Shown piece after piece: positions 12,202 to 26,508 of a stretch of DNA of 64,000 bases. The notes beneath the pieces were generated by a model that worked only from the letters and a program-made list of their open reading frames with translations, made no database searches and had not been told where the DNA came from. Source of the DNA: Amphiscolops sp. MND2022 (lineage: Eukaryota); NCBI GenBank assembly GCA_964187785.1, contig OZ076409.1:33234001-33298000 (forward strand), given 5' to 3'. A program made the translations under genes and the position numbers. Numbering within the stretch: position 1 is the first letter of the stretch; each line of letters opens with the position of its first letter.

Positions 12202-13693
12202 TGACATAAGTTAACCCAGCTAACAAGCTGGGGGTTTCCACCGGCACTAATTATGCGAAATTCGGACTGCATGTTCTGGAAGGTTTTCTTCTCATTTCCA
12301 AAGAAGGCAGTACGCAGCTCTGCATTTGTTGAAATACAAGCTGTGAAAGCACGTCTGTTTTGCTGGTTAAACACGTCTTTTCACACGTCCGCACGCTTCC
12401 GCACTTTTTGCGGGACTGGTACCTGACCTGCCTCTGCTGTAAGACACTTCGAGCTTGAAGGAATTTTTGGTCCCTGTTATCACATCGTTTTTGGTGCATC
12501 ATGGGGATTCGTTACACATTCATCAAAACGGCTATAACTGATAATTGTCACTATGCATGTAAATATCTGCATATTTCAAACGTTTTGAATGTTTTATTGC
12601 TTTCAACATTCAGTCGTACAGTTACCGATTATAACTTGATAAAAATATTAATTTGTCTGAATGATCTGTCGGCAAAATATTTCGTAAGGTATTGTGAGTT
12701 TAATTTTTACTGGCTTCTGACGGCCCTCGTTTCCACCAACAAGAAAGAAACTGCCTTCAGGTGCAATTTGGTACAGATGCGGCGTATGCTGCAGCCTTTG
12801 ACGGTTGGTTAGGTAGTTTTTCCCGAAAGAAAAGTCAAAAGTTGCTAGTTTGGTTGACTTTTTTTTCAAGTTTGAAGCTTTTCGTCCCAGCTTTCTGACA
12901 AAAAGTGAGACTGTTAGCTTTATACACGCGTAGGCATGCTGGTATATTTTCATGGAATACTGCCTAGTCATGAACAATAAGCAATTAACTTGGATGCGAA
13001 GAATCGAGAAACGATGTGCAATGTTCCGAGTCGAAAGTGAAAAAAAAGAGACTGCGATGAATGTAAAGACTTTGTAAACCGATATAGATCGAGGTACAGC
13101 AGGTGAGGATGAACCAGAATGATAAGTTGAGTGGAAAATTTTGCCTGTTGTGTGTAGGCCATTTAGGTAACGAAAAAGCCTCACCCACAATTGAATTATT
13201 CATCTTTCAAATACAATCATACATTTTAAATAGCACACTGCGGCCTACGGTGTGAGAACAGTTGTAAAATGCATACTTGAACAGGTTTTCAAAAGTGAGA
13301 AATTGACGTCATCGTAACATCTAGCAACATTTTTGATAAGTGCTACAAAACAATTTTTACAGACAGTTAAACATTTCATCGTTTCCAAAGATCATTGAGC
13401 GATATGGTTAAGATAAAAGATTTTTCTGAGCGTGATTTTTACCAGTTTGAAGATGATCGATGCACTGCTATTAGTTCTTTGAAAATGATTGTTGGGTGCT
13501 GAAAATTAGTTAGTTTTCTAGCTTTAAGTCTCAATTCCATGAATCATGTCCCAGAAGAACGATTCAGTCTTCCAGGACAAAATGCATTGCTTTTTTGAAA
13601 TTCAATTTGAAATTCTTATGAAATTTTTGACATTGTTGATACAAATGAATTTTTCAACAGTATAATACGAAAAAAGGTGTATCGATCCCCTAT

Positions 13694-15190
13694 AGTAGTA
13701 TGCGAAATGCCTATCCTGATCAGTCAGACCATCAAATTAAGCATATTTTCAGGGCAAATCATCTAAAATTAGTCAATTTTCGCAACTAAAAATTAACAAA
13801 ATAAAAATCACTGAAGAAAAATTTTCATTGAAAATGTTTGTCACAAGGAAAAAATCACTAACCTCTACGTTGCTGTGTATGGTAATAAAGACAATTTTTC
13901 GGAATGAAACGTAGCAATCAAGTGGAAACACCCTTTTACATGGTATTATTATAAAACTTGAACAACAAATGCGCACAAGTGGAAACAATCCAAATTTATA
14001 TCTAACCGTTACAAAACGAAATGTGAAGCCAGTTTTGCTGTATCGGAAGCCAGCGTTGCTGTATTCGAATCCAGCGTTGCTGTATTATTTCCGACAAGTT
14101 TAGAAAAAACGATAACATATTATATTCTTATCAGTTTTTCTAAGCTTGTTGGCTTTTTCACCATGTTAAAGCATAGTAAGAATTTGAATTCCGACGAAAA
14201 CAAATATGATGTCATCTAGCCGAAGTGTGATGTTAACCTCGGTGCAAGTGAAAAAAGATACAAAACCATTTTAACGTTTTCATCTTGAACAAACAGTTTG
14301 GCTCAAAATATATATCAACTTACCGAACCACATGGAAAAATAAAAGATATCTGCGATTATGTGGCACAAAAGCAGGAGGATCTGAACAGAGACAATCAGT
14401 TGATTAACATTGCGTATTTAACTGAACTGGCCAATCGTATAGAAATTGTTGAAGAGTCTATTGTTCGAACACACATCATTTTTGCGACTAATATTTTGGA
14501 AACCTTGAAGAACATAACAGAGAAACAGGAGAAACGACGTGAGATAATGAAGACGTTTAGTGCAGTGCAACTCCAAAATGATGTTAAAACCAAAGAAAAC
14601 GCAAGCGGGCGGAAGTAATACTCCATACAAACGTCAAAACTCACTTGAAAAAGTAATCTACAAACAAATGATTGCAAACATTGGTGTTGGAAGTAATTTT
14701 AAATGTTGTAGTAATTCTATCAAAAATTAACTTTTCATTCAAAGCGTTTTTAGACTGAAACTTGAAACCCTTAAACATATGCATATTCATGGTAGAGATT
14801 ATAAAAATTTCAGAAAACCCTACATTTGATACATCATTGGAAAGGTCTCTAAACGCCAATGATGTTAAAACATTTTCATCATAATAAATGTCTCATTAGT
14901 TAGGTTATTCAAGTGAACAGCTGAAATTAAGGGAATATCAGGACCTAAATAATATAATAAAGAGTCAAGAAAAAATGGCCGAAATAATCCATTCCAAAAA
15001 AGTAGATTTTGAAAATGAATTAGATTCCTTATCAGGAGATACGTTTTCATCAAAAACGAAGAGTTTTCTGTATCTTGAACCCAGCAATCAGCACATGTGA
15101 AAACAGGTGTGCATATTGGGTTTTTCTCCAGTTTAAAAAGAAAAAAAATTGTTCAGAACAAAAAGATATATTCATGGAAAAATAACTAAA
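13694..15190 (+). repeat. Polinton left TIR (copy 1), about 1.5 kb
   Basis: Reverse complement of ~32945-34440 (e.g. gaattagattccttatcag vs ctgataaggaatctaattc). Inner boundary approximate. Confidence 0.85.
14298..14618 (+). CDS. Hypothetical 106-aa coiled-coil-like protein encoded within the TIR (copies at 18572-18892 + and ~33500-33828 -)
   Basis: Open in both left-TIR copies. The homologous frame SIVRTHIVFATNILENLKKITEKE is present in the right TIR. Non-ATG start. Confidence 0.45.
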   Translation: MAQNIYQLTEPHGKIKDICDYVAQKQEDLNRDNQLINIAYLTELANRIEIVEESIVRTHIIFATNILETLKNITEKQEKRREIMKTFSAVQLQNDVKTKENASGRK

Positions 15191-15488
15191 ACAAACAAAG
15201 CTTAGAAAAAACTTCGAACAAAATTTTTTTCTCAAGTAAAATAATTTTCATTCATGTCTGTGACAAATTTTAATACCCACAAAATTAAAAAAATATTTTT
15301 CACTAAACTTTTGAAAAATAATTATTGAAAAACTTTTATTTAAACTATTTGTTCTTTAATAACAAGAAATGAAGAATTGCAGTAGTTGTAATTTAGATTA
15401 TAAAAAATCCTCAAACTCCGATCGTTATAAATCAGTAAAAAAATCTTGGAAAAATAAATCAGTATTTTTGTAAAAATGTGATTTTCAT

Positions 15489-16613
15489 ATGCCCTTATCA
15501 GATAAAAGTTCTCATTTAAGTTCAGATGAAAATGAATACCGCACCGATAAAATGTGGTGTGAAGATTTAGGTAAATATAAATCTGATAAAATAAAATACT
15601 TCCAAAGTGAAATTCACCTTTTAAAAAGTCATCACCATCAACGAAATATCTTTGGTCAAGATGGCTTCGGTGTGGAATCATTTGTGAAGGAAAAAACATA
15701 CATCAAACTTAAAACAAATCCAACTGAAAGTCAACTAGAACAGGTCAATGAATTACTAAGTAAAAGTTACGTTCCCCGATATATATATATCGATTGAGAT
15801 ATTTAGCTAAATTTTCAAAAAACGGTAATGGAGAAAAAATGTTTTTCACAAATGGGTTAAATCAGATTTTAATTACAATCCCACGAATCAAAATGTTCAC
15901 AACACATTATTACAGAAACTAGATGATGAACAATTGGAAGGAACAGGTTTTGTGTTTCAATATATTGTCGATGTTATATTAGAAATATATAAATATATAT
16001 AAATATAATTATAGAGTTTATATATAATGATATTCAAGCTTCTTCATACATTGAGTTGCCAGAAAAATATAAGAGTAAAAAAGCAAATATAATTATAAAA
16101 AATAATGATCAATTATGTTTTCGTGGTGTATCTCAGCGTATTTGTATCCCGTTGAGGATAAAAAGAATAGAACATCAAAATTTGTTATACATATGCCTAC
16201 TTTATGTACCGAAGGTTTAGAATTCCCTATGGAAGTTAAGTTTGAAAGACTTAATAAATTGAATACCGGAGGTCAGCAATGTGGTATAAATGTTTATGAA
16301 CTCACTGGAACAGTGCTAACACCAATCCATACAAATACGAACTAGATCAACCACAAATAGATTTGTTGTTGTGTGAAAATCAATATTTTCTAATAACATA
16401 GTTGCATTGTCTAATTAATATTAAATCACGCATGAACAATGTACGTAGGAGATGTTTAACAGTTTTCAGTTCAAAACCAGTTCTAATTGATCGTATAGAA
16501 AGATGTATAAAACAGCAACCAACTAAAATCAGTTTCAGTTGGAAGGATCACTTAAAATTCGAAGACCACCACATGAAAATACCTTGACCTGATAAAGTGT
16601 ATGCAGATTTCGA
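15489..16613 (+). pseudogene. Truncated duplicate of the 5' part of protein-primed DNA polymerase B
   Basis: Same sequence as ~19477-20615; cut at the duplication junction. Confidence 0.85.
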
Positions 16614-17967
16614 CTACGTCTTTTCACACGTCGTTTCAATACGTCTTTCCACACGTCCGCACGCTTCCGCACTTTTTGCGGGACTGGTACCTGACCTGCC
16701 TCTGCTGTAAGACAATTCGAGCTTGAAGGAATTTTTGGTCCCTTTTATCACTTCGTTTTTGGTGCATCATGGGGATTCGTTACACATTCATCAAAACGGC
16801 TATAACTGATAATTGTCACTATGCATGTAAATATCTGCATATTTCAAACGTTTTGAATGTTTTATTGCTTTCAACATTCAGTCGTACAGTTACCGATTAT
16901 AACTTGATAAAAATATTAATTTGTCTGAATGATCTGTCGGCAAAATATTTCGTAAGGTATTGTGAGTTTAATTTTTTCTGGCTTCTGACGGCCCTCGTTT
17001 CCACCAACAAGAATGAAACTGCCTTCAGGTGCAATTTGGTACAGATGCGGCGTATGCTGCAGCCTTTGACGGTTGGTTAGGTAGTTTTTCCCAAAAGAAA
17101 AGTCAAAAGTTGCTAGTTTGGTTGATTTTTTTTTCAAGTTTGAAGCTTTTCGTCCCAGCTTTCTGACAAAAAGTGAGACTGTTAGCTTTATACACGCGTG
17201 GGCATGGTGGTATATTTTCATGGAATACTGCCTAGTCATGAACAATAAGCAATTAACTTGGATGCGAAGAATCGAGAAACGATGTGCAATGTTCCGAGTC
17301 GAAAGTGAAAAAAAGAGACTGCGATGAATGTAAAGACTTTGTAAACCGATATAGATCGAGGTAAAGCAGGTGAGGATGAACCAGAATGATAAGTTGAGTA
17401 GAAAATTCTGCCTGTTGTGTGTAGGCCATTTATGTAACGAAAAAGCCTCACCCACAATTGAATTATTTATCTTTCAAATACAATCTTACATTTTAAATAG
17501 CACACTGCGGCCTACGGTGTGAGAACAGTTGTAAAATGCATACTTGAACAGGTTTTCAAAAGTAAGAAATTGACGTCATCGTAACATCTAGCAACTTTTT
17601 TGATAAGTGCTACAAAACAATTTTTACAGACAGTTAAACGGTTCATCGTTTCCAAAGATCATTGAGCGATATGGTTAAGATAAAAGATTTTTCTGAGCGT
17701 GATTTTTACCAGTTTGAAGATGATCGATGCACTGCTTTTAGTTCTTTGAAAATGATTGTTGGGTGCTGAAAATTAGCTAAAAATTAGTTTTTTAGCTATA
17801 AGTCTCAATTCCATGAATCATGTCCCAGAAGAACGATTCAGTCTTCCAGGACAAAATGCATTGCTTTTTTGAAATTCAATTTGAAATTCTTATGAAATTT
17901 TTGACATTGTTGATACAAATGAACTTTTCAACAGTATAATACGAAAAAAGGTGTATCGATCCCCTTT

Positions 17968-19352
17968 AGTAGTATGCAAAATGCCTATCCTGATCAGTCA
18001 GACCATCAAATTAAGCATATTTTCGGGGCAAATCATCTAAAATTAGTCAATTTTCGCAACTGAAAATTAACAAAATAAAAATCACTGAACAAAAATTTTC
18101 ATTGAAAATGTTTGTCACAAGGAAAAAATCACTAACCTCTACGTTGCTGTGTATGGTAATAAAGACAATTTTTTGGAATGAAACGTAGCAATCAAGTGGA
18201 AACACCCTTTTACATGGTATTAACATAAAACTTGAACAACAAATGCGCACAAGTGGAAACAATCCAAATTTATATCTAACCGTTACAAAACGAAATGTGA
18301 AGCCAGTTTTGCTGTATGGGAAGCCAGCGTTGCTGTATTCGAATCCAGCGTTGCTGTATTATTTCCGACGAGTTTAGAAAAAACGATAACATATCATTTT
18401 CTCATCAGTTTTTCTAAGCTTGTTGGCTTTTTCACCATGTTAAAGCATAGTAAGAATTTGAATTCCGACGAAAAAATATATGATGTCATCTAGCCGAAGT
18501 GTGATGTTAACCTCGGTGCAAGTGAAAAAAGATACAATACCATTTTAACGTTTTCTTCTTGAACAAACAGTTTGGCTCAAAATATAAATCAACTTGCCGA
18601 ACCACATGGAAAAATAAAAGATATCTGCGATTATGTGGCACAAAAGCAAGAGGATCTGAACAGAGACAATCAGTTGATTAACATTGCGTATTTAACTGAA
18701 CTGGCCAATCGTATAGAAATTGTTGAAGAGTCTATTGTTCGAACACACATCATTTTTGCGACTAATATTTTGGAAAACTTGAAGAACATAACAGAGAAAC
18801 AGGAGAAACGACGTGAGATAATGAAGACGTTTAGTGCGGTGCAACTCCAAAATGATGTTAAAACCAAAGAAAACGCAAGCGGGCGGAAGTAATACTCCAT
18901 ACAAACGTCAAAACTCACTTGAAAAAGTAATCTACAAACAAATGATTGCAAACATTGGTGTTGGAAGTATTTTTAAATGTTGTAGTATTTCTATCAAAAA
19001 TTACCTTTTCATTCAAAGCGTTTTTAGACTGAAACCTGAAACCTTTACACATATGCATATTCATGGTAGAGACTATAAAAATTGCAGAAAACCCTACATT
19101 TGATACATCATTGGAAAGGTCTCGAAACACCAATGATGTTGAAACATTTTCATCATAATAAATGTCTCATAATTTAGGTTATTCAAGTGAACAGCTGAAT
19201 TTAAGGGAATATCAGGACCTAAATGAAAAAGAAACAAGGGAAAATGGCCCAAATATTCCATTCCAAAAAAGTAGATTTTGAAAATGAATTAGATTCCTTA
19301 TCAGAAGATACGTTTTTATCAAAAATGAAGAGTTTTCTGTATCTTGAACCCA
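17968..19352 (+). repeat. Polinton left TIR (copy 2)
   Basis: Starts AGTAGTATGCAAAATGCC, preceded by CCCTTT (mutated TSD). Confidence 0.85.
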
Positions 19353-19476
19353 GTAGAAATGAAGAATTGCAGTGGTTGTAATTTAGATTATAGAAAATCC
19401 TTAAACTCCGATCGTTATAAATCAGTAAAAAATCTTGGAAAATTAAATCAGTATTTTTGTAAAAATGTGATTTTCA

Positions 19477-22400
19477 TATGCCCTTATCAGATAAAAGTTC
19501 TCATTTAAGTTCAGATGAAAATTAAAACCGCACCGATAAAATGTGGTGTGAAGATTTAGGTAAACATAAATCTGATAAAACAAAACATTTCCAAAATGGA
19601 ATTCACCTTTTAAAAAGTCATCACCATCAACGAAACATCTTTGGTCAAGATGGCATCGGTGTGGAATCAATTGTGAAGGAAAAAACATACATCAAACTTA
19701 AAATAAATCGAACTGAAAGTCTTTTAGAACAGGTCAATGAATTACTAAGTAAAAGTTACTTTGCCCGATATATATATCAATTGAGATATTTAGCTAAATT
19801 TTCAAAAAACGGTAATGGAGAAAAAATGTTTTTCACGAATGGGTTAAATCAGATTTTATTTACAATCACTCGAATCAAAATGTTCACAACACATTATTAC
19901 AGAAAATAGATGATGAACAATTGGAAGGAACAGGTTTTGTGTTTCAATATATTGTCGATGTTATATTAGAAAGATATAAATATACACAAATATAATTAAA
20001 GAGTATATATATATCATGATATTCAAGCTTCTTCATACATTGAGTTGCCAGAAAAATATAAGAATAATAAAGCAATTATAATTATAAAAAATAATGATCA
20101 GTTATGTTTTTTGTGATGTATCTTAGCGTGTTTGTATCCCGTTGAGGATAAAAAGAATAGAACATCAAAATTTGTTATACATACGCCTACTTTATGTACC
20201 GAAGGTTTAGAATTTCCTATGGAAGTTAACGATATACCTAAGTTTGAAAGACTTAATAAATTGAATACCGGAGGTCAGCAATGTGGTATAAATGTTTATG
20301 AACTCACTGGAACAGTGCTAACACCAATCCATACAAATACGAACTAGATCAACCACAAATAGTTTTGTTGTTGTGTGAAAATCAATATTTTCTAATAACA
20401 TAGTTGCATTGTCTAATTAGTAATAATTCACACATGAACAATGTACGTAGGAGATGTTTAACAGCTTTCAGTTCAAAACCAGTTCTAATTGATCGTATAG
20501 AAAGATGTATAAAACAGCAACCAACTAAAATCAGTTTCAGTTGGAAGGATCACTTAAAGTTCGAAGACTACCACATGAAAATACCTCGACCTAATAAAGT
20601 GTATGCAGATTTCGAATGTTTTAGTGAACCTAAAAATAACTCCAAGTTATTCTTTGAACAAATTCCAACTGCTGTAGGTTGTTATCTAACTTCTCCATTT
20701 GGAAACAAGTATTACTCATACTTCGGCGAAGGGTGTGTAAAATGGTTTGTAAATGAAATGTTGACACTAGAAAAAAGTGTATCGGAGTGCATTTTAAAAC
20801 AAAGATTCCACTAAAAATATGTCCTCAAGAAGAAGTAAAGTTCCAACAATTCGAGGTGTGTTGGTTGTGCGAACAGCCTTTTTCTCAAGACAGAGTTCGA
20901 GATCACGATCATCTTAAGGACACTAACTACCGAGGAGCAGCCCAGTGTAAATGTAACATGAAGGTAAAACAAAAGCAATCAAGTTTTGTTCCTATATTTT
21001 TCCACATCTTTTCTGGATTGTCAACTTATTTTTGAACAACTCTTAACACAAGCTTTGAAAATTGGGTATGAACCAAAAAAATTTCCAAAGTCAATGTAAA
21101 AGTATGTTAGTGTACAAGTAGGTTGTTTGATTTTTCTTGATTCATACCGTTTTTTTCTTCTAGTTTGGATAAATTAGTTAGGAGTATAAACAGTGTCCCA
21201 AAAACGCAACGCGCCTTCGGCATGGATGAAAATTGTTTTGATGATTAAATATTAAAAAAATATATTGCTTTGTCCCCAAGAACAATTCAATCTTATCAAT
21301 TTTCAAGAACCATTAAAACTAACAAAAGAAGACTTTTGGTCAACACTAAAACAAGAAACCCCTCCAGATGAAAAACTTAATCGTACACAAGAATATATTA
21401 AAAAGTTTAATATAAAGAACGGACAAGAATTAACAATGTTATACTTAAAAATGGATGTTCTACAATTATCTGATGTCTTTGAGAACTTTGTTGAGAAGTC
21501 TACTCTTATGTATGGTATTAATCCATCGTATAGTTACTCAGCACCAGGTTATACATGGAAAACCGGCTTGAAATTGACTAATATAAAAAAAGAAGTATTA
21601 TTAATTTTAGAAAATAATATACATGGAGGAATTTCGAGTGTTTTGGGTGATAGGCATGTTGTATCGGATGTCAACAAAAAAAATCTCATACATTGATGAA
21701 AATATTCTATATGTATGGGCTATGAGTCAAAGTCTTCCTATTGTCGAATTCAAAAAATTACCTTTTATTCCGAATAATTACACAAATAATTACAATCATC
21801 TAGAGCAAATAGTAGAAGATTTCACAAATACCAGATGATAATGAATATGGATTTGTTATAGAATGTGATTTAGATTATCCACAACATATCAAAAAAAGGA
21901 AATTTTTCATTTATGTCCTTATCAAGTAGAAACTAATTGTGAGTTGATCTCAAATTATATGAATTTTATGAAACAACCGATTTACAAACCAACCCAGAAA
22001 CTTGTGTGTGACTTAACAAACAAACAAACATATATGATGCACCACAGGATGTTCAAATTTTACATCAACATGGGTATGAAAGTAACAAAGAGACATAAAT
22101 TCTACCGCTGCAAGCAAATTCCTTGGTTAGCAAAATACATTGATCATAGCACCCAAGAAAGCACCAAAGCAAAAACAAACGTTGAAAAAGTCCTGTACAA
22201 GGTAATGAACAATGCTTTCTTTGGTGAGACTATAGATAACATAAGAGATAGAACCAATCTAGAATTCCTTGATCATTCTCAAATGAATCAAATTTTGAAA
22301 AGACAATCCAAGTTAAGTCGCAAAGGAATGGTGGATCATTATTCTATGTTTAGTGTGTACAAGTTTGATAAAAAAAACAGTCTTTGATGAACGAATTTTT

Positions 22401-22491
22401 TTGGGGTTCTCTGTGTTAGACTCAAGTAGACTATTAATGTATGAAATTCATTATAATAGTTCAGTGACCAAACAACCAAGAACTAACAACT
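19477..22491 (+). pseudogene. Protein-primed family B DNA polymerase (Polinton pPolB), frameshifted; 3' end lost in the N-gap
   Basis: Motifs: VYADFEC (exo I), CWLC...VRDHDH...YRGAAQCKCN, LYLKMDVLQLSDVFENF, ILENNIHGGIS, YIDENILYVWAMSQSLP (motif A), KVMNNAFFGETIDNIRDR (motif B), IFLGFSVLDSSRLLMYEIHY. Confidence 0.93.
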
Positions 22492-22691
22492 NNNNNNNNN
22501 NNNNNNNNNNNNNNNNNNNNNNNNNNNNNNNNNNNNNNNNNNNNNNNNNNNNNNNNNNNNNNNNNNNNNNNNNNNNNNNNNNNNNNNNNNNNNNNNNNNN
22601 NNNNNNNNNNNNNNNNNNNNNNNNNNNNNNNNNNNNNNNNNNNNNNNNNNNNNNNNNNNNNNNNNNNNNNNNNNNNNNNNNNNNNNNNNNN
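22492..22691. other. Assembly gap (200 N)
   Basis: Run of N. Confidence 1.
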
Positions 22692-23906
22692 ATTAAGTCG
22701 AAATATCTTCGCCCATTGCTACTAATACTTATCAGTTTGGGTGTTAAGACCATAGCATAAGCTATAAAATCTGATAGATCAGTGGCAGCACTAAGTTTAA
22801 ATTCCAATCAAACAGGATGACTCACAATATGATCTTTTTGTTTGGAAAAGTCTAATACATTTAAAAAATATATAATTTGTCCTGATATTATGCAAATCAA
22901 AAAATAGCCTCAATAAGTTGGTTTCACTTTTGAATCGATAGAATTTTTCTATTCTTCTGTATGCTTCACGGTAGTTGTCTCTATCATAGTCATATTCAAT
23001 TCCATCAACAGGATATTTGTCTGATCATATTTTACAAACATCATTTGAAAGAAGCAAACGATCAAATATTGCATTATCATGTGTTTGTGAATACATTTTA
23101 TTTCTAGCATGAAATCCAACTATCACGGAAGTTGGTGTTGATTCTCCACTATTTCTCAAGTCAAAGGTCAAATAATTATTAGTAAAACATCTTTTCGAAA
23201 AACAATCCGTTCCACATAAAAATATCAGTTGGATGTTTACTTTATTCAGTCACAGATCCATCAAAATTTGTTCGTTTTCTAAGCTAGGTGTATAATGTGG
23301 AATATACCAACCTAAACCTTCATGAACATTTTTTTGCAGCACCTACCTCAATTCGTTTTAAAGTAAGAGTATAGCCCAAACCATATGTTACTTTTTCTTG
23401 ATCAGCAAACCCGAATAAATCATTTAGCTTGATGTTCACAAAGAATGTTCCTTTCTCTGTCTTTTTGTTTTTTAGTTCTTGTCCTCTGATAGTTCTGATA
23501 GTGACTGATTCTTCAAACCCATACATCAATTCGCTGGTTTGTTGTTGGGAAGTTAAAACGTGTATGCATTATACTTATAATATGGAGGTATATCAACGTT
23601 TTCCAAATTTCTCCCCGAATTGATTGCCAGCTCAGCTTCAAATAAAGCTTTAGGCCCAAAATTAACTAGTGCTATTTGATCATTATCTACATATCTTGTA
23701 TCATCATGTTTACTACTTCAAACTCTACTGATAAATATGAATTTTGTAAACAACTACATGCGACTTCTCCTGGCAAACTAATTGATAACTTTGAGTTCCT
23801 AATATGGCTTGTAGTTTAAATAATTGGACTATATTTCGTAAAATCTTTAGTAAAATTTTTTGAATAGGTTTACCAAGAGCACTTGTTTCAAAGAAAATAA
23901 TTCCAT
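22692..23906 (-). pseudogene. Polinton major capsid protein (double jelly-roll), decayed
   Basis: Translated pieces: LQNSYLSVEFEV..DDTRYVDNDQIALVNFGP; NIKLNDLFGFADQEKVTYGLGYTLTLKR; C-terminal LEFKLSAATDLSDFIAYAMVLTPKLISISSNG. All resemble Polinton MCPs. Confidence 0.8.
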
Positions 23907-24049
23907 TTATAATAGAATGAAGTCTAAGATTTGCATTATCAAACCGAAGGCGCTTCTCGTGAATATGTCTCATGATGATTTAAATTTTAAGTTGATAATA
24001 ATTTTACTAGATAAGGATAGCCTAAAAAAGTAAACTCAGAATTTAGTTT

Positions 24050-24502
24050 AGTTTTATTGCTTCTATACACTTCGTATGTTTGTTTTAGTTTGTTGTATTC
24101 ATTCAGATCTATTTTATTGTCTTGTAGACACTTTGTGTGTAGTTTTTAGAAGTTGTTTATTGTTCCACCAGCAAGTGTATATTTTTTAATATTGTGTTGT
24201 TCGTTTCTTTCCAGATACTCACCAATAGGCTTACTGAATATTCATACTACTGAACCTATACCACTCGCGTTGTGTACAACAACAAGTCCAACGCTGGTAC
24301 CACTTAACGTGATACATGTTGAAGAAACATCCAATAATAAAACTCTATCAGTAGATTGAATCAAACCGTTCATAACTTTATATATCTTAGATTTCTTTTA
24401 AAATTTTTCAGCTTTTTGATTATACAAATTTCAAATACCTTTCATGATTTGAATTGAATTATTAAAGGTATTTATTTCTTTCAATCGTATATTTAAACCA
24501 TC
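24050..24502 (-). pseudogene. Small Polinton protein with a Gly-rich hydrophobic segment (possible membrane protein)
   Basis: Minus-strand translation SSTCITLSGTSVGLVVVHNASGIGSVV...KCLQDNKIDLNEYNKL, with internal stops. Confidence 0.55.
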
Positions 24503-24545
24503 TGAATGCACCGAAGGCACTTCGCGTAAACAAGGATACAGTTTT

Positions 24546-25094
24546 TCACTCATATAGTTTATTTAAAAACATGGTTTTTGAATTGCATTTAAGGAAATCT
24601 TTGAAATGCAAAAAGTTGATAAGGAATATCTGATAATTTTTTACAATTTTAGTGTCAAAAAATATAAAATTGAGCTGAGTATCGGTTAGTTTCAATCCAT
24701 ATTTAAGTTCAACAATATCATTGTACTGGTTTTTCCTCAAACTATTCAACACGGTTTTTTTGTTGAATAGTCTAAATCCGATAAATAATACACACCATCT
24801 GATGTTTGTATTTCTGTTCCGTATTTTTCGAACAAGTTTTCGTTTGTAAAGGTTAGATACTCATTAAAGATTTGGTCTTTTTTCCAAATAAGTCAAACAA
24901 TCCTATATTATATAGTAAATGAATAGTATCTTTGACTGCTTCACTTTTACATTTTTCCAGTTCGAAGAAGGGTGACTCTCGAAGTGATGACGTAAAAAGG
25001 TTTGTTGATTTTCAACAAATTTGGCTGCATCCAAAACAATTTCTTTTTTCTTTTCGGGTAGTTTATTTTTAGTATCGTGTTCTAAAAATTTCAT
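24546..25094 (-). pseudogene. Hypothetical Polinton gene, frameshifted
   Basis: Two co-oriented ORF pieces (24903-25094, 24546-24752) between recognised viral genes; no family recognised. Confidence 0.4.
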
Positions 25095-25379
25095 TTATTT
25101 TTGCATTTTCTATATTTTTATTTATATCTGAGAATAACTTTGCATTGTTTTTTATATTTGATCCACCGTACTTGAGTTGAATTTCTTCTTTATTTTGTAG
25201 TTTAAATTCAATAATATATGTTTCTAATTCATTAGACATATCAATAAGTTTAATGTTAATTCATTTGGTTTGTAATTCCAATTCTTTTTCAAGATTCTCA
25301 ATCTTATGTTTTTTGCAAACTCTCGCACTATAACCAAACTTATGAATTGCCATTATTTAATAATGTATAAATACTCTAA

Positions 25380-26251
25380 TATATGGGAAAAATTCATACT
25401 TTCTAACGTTTTGTTGTTAGATATAAAATTGAATACACTTCTTAAAAGTTTTTGTTCATTATACTCTCCGTCTGGTTGTTCGTTGTTTTCATCTTCTAAA
25501 CCATACGTAACGGGATTCGTTTTGTTAATTTTATGTTTTTCAAAAAGTTCTCTATTCCAATTGGTTGTATAACCTTAACTGTATAGATTCCGTTTATCAG
25601 GAACTCTTACAAAATCTCCCACTTGGAATTTAGGTAATTTATATTTATTATACGAAGCCAGTTTTGCTGTATCATTACTAAATATTAGATTAGGGATTAG
25701 TTGTTGATTAGTTGACATTTCAAATGGTGTCACCTTGGTAGTTCCATGGACACGATTGTTAAATTTTCCAATAGCAGTATCAAAATGATTCAACCAACAA
25801 GCTTTACCTTCAATATACATTGGTTCTTTAATTAAATCCAAAAGTGTTCTTTTGAATCGTTCAACAAAAACAGCTTTCATATCTGAATTCGTTGAATAAA
25901 TTTGAATGTTTTGCTCTTTAGGAAAATCTAAAAATGTTTTATTATGAAACTTTACTTCTGTCCAACCAAATTTTTTGAGGTTTTCTTTTTGTTTTTGCTT
26001 TCATGTTTTTTAATGCAGTTTTTATTTTTTCCGGATTTATCTTCAAGAGGAATCGCCCATGCATATTTAGTATGATTATCATTTATTTTAAAAATAAACT
26101 CATGGTTTTTGTTGTATTTTGCTAAGCTAGATCGCTGTACCAGATCGATACTCCAACACTCCTCTTTATAGTGAGTTTGTATTTGGATGCAGTCAAACTT
26201 TTTAAGTACAGGAGTGAATATTTCTTTCGCATTTTCTTTTTTCTTATTCAT
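25380..26251 (-). pseudogene. Polinton retroviral-like (rve) integrase
   Basis: WSIDLV (first D), TKYAWAIPLEDKSG, KAVFVERFKRTL (E), NNRVHGTTKVTP, KFQVGDFVRV, KGYTTNWNRELF, TYGLEDEN. Frameshifted. Confidence 0.92.
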
Positions 26252-26508
26252 TTAATAATCTGGACTTTTTCACCTAATCGGTGATAAAGCAAAGCTGGCT
26301 TCGCATACCGAAGGCGCTTCGCGTAAGGTTGATATTATACTGTTCCGAAGGCGCTTCGCGTACCGAAGGCGCTTCGCGTAGTTTTTTCGGAATAAATGAA
26401 CAAAAAACATTAATTTTTTTTGCGTGTAATTTGTATGATAACTTTATATATTTATTGGTATTATATTAGGCCTAGACATCACAAAAAATTTTACTAAAAC
26501 TTAAAACA

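Larger units (their letters stand above)
12373..20615 (+). repeat. Tandem segmental duplication: unit 1 12373-16613, unit 2 16641-20615 (host flank plus Polinton left end)
   Basis: Near-identical sequence and ORF pairs (12501/16769, 14298/18572, 16115/20132). Unit 2 lacks about 280 bp corresponding to ~15086-15364. Confidence 0.92.

Noticed and set aside
12211..12370. TTAA-flanked piggyBac-like MITE (TTAACCCAGC...GCTGGTTAA); similar idea for 38543-39879
   Set aside because: Terminal matches are too short or non-matching to support without other copies.
12501..13203. Overlapping 103-180 aa ORFs repeated at 16769-17457
   Set aside because: Recurrence is explained by the tandem duplication; no recognisable domain, and frames differ between copies.
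22353..22807. ORFs spanning the N-run
   Set aside because: Artificially joined across the assembly gap.
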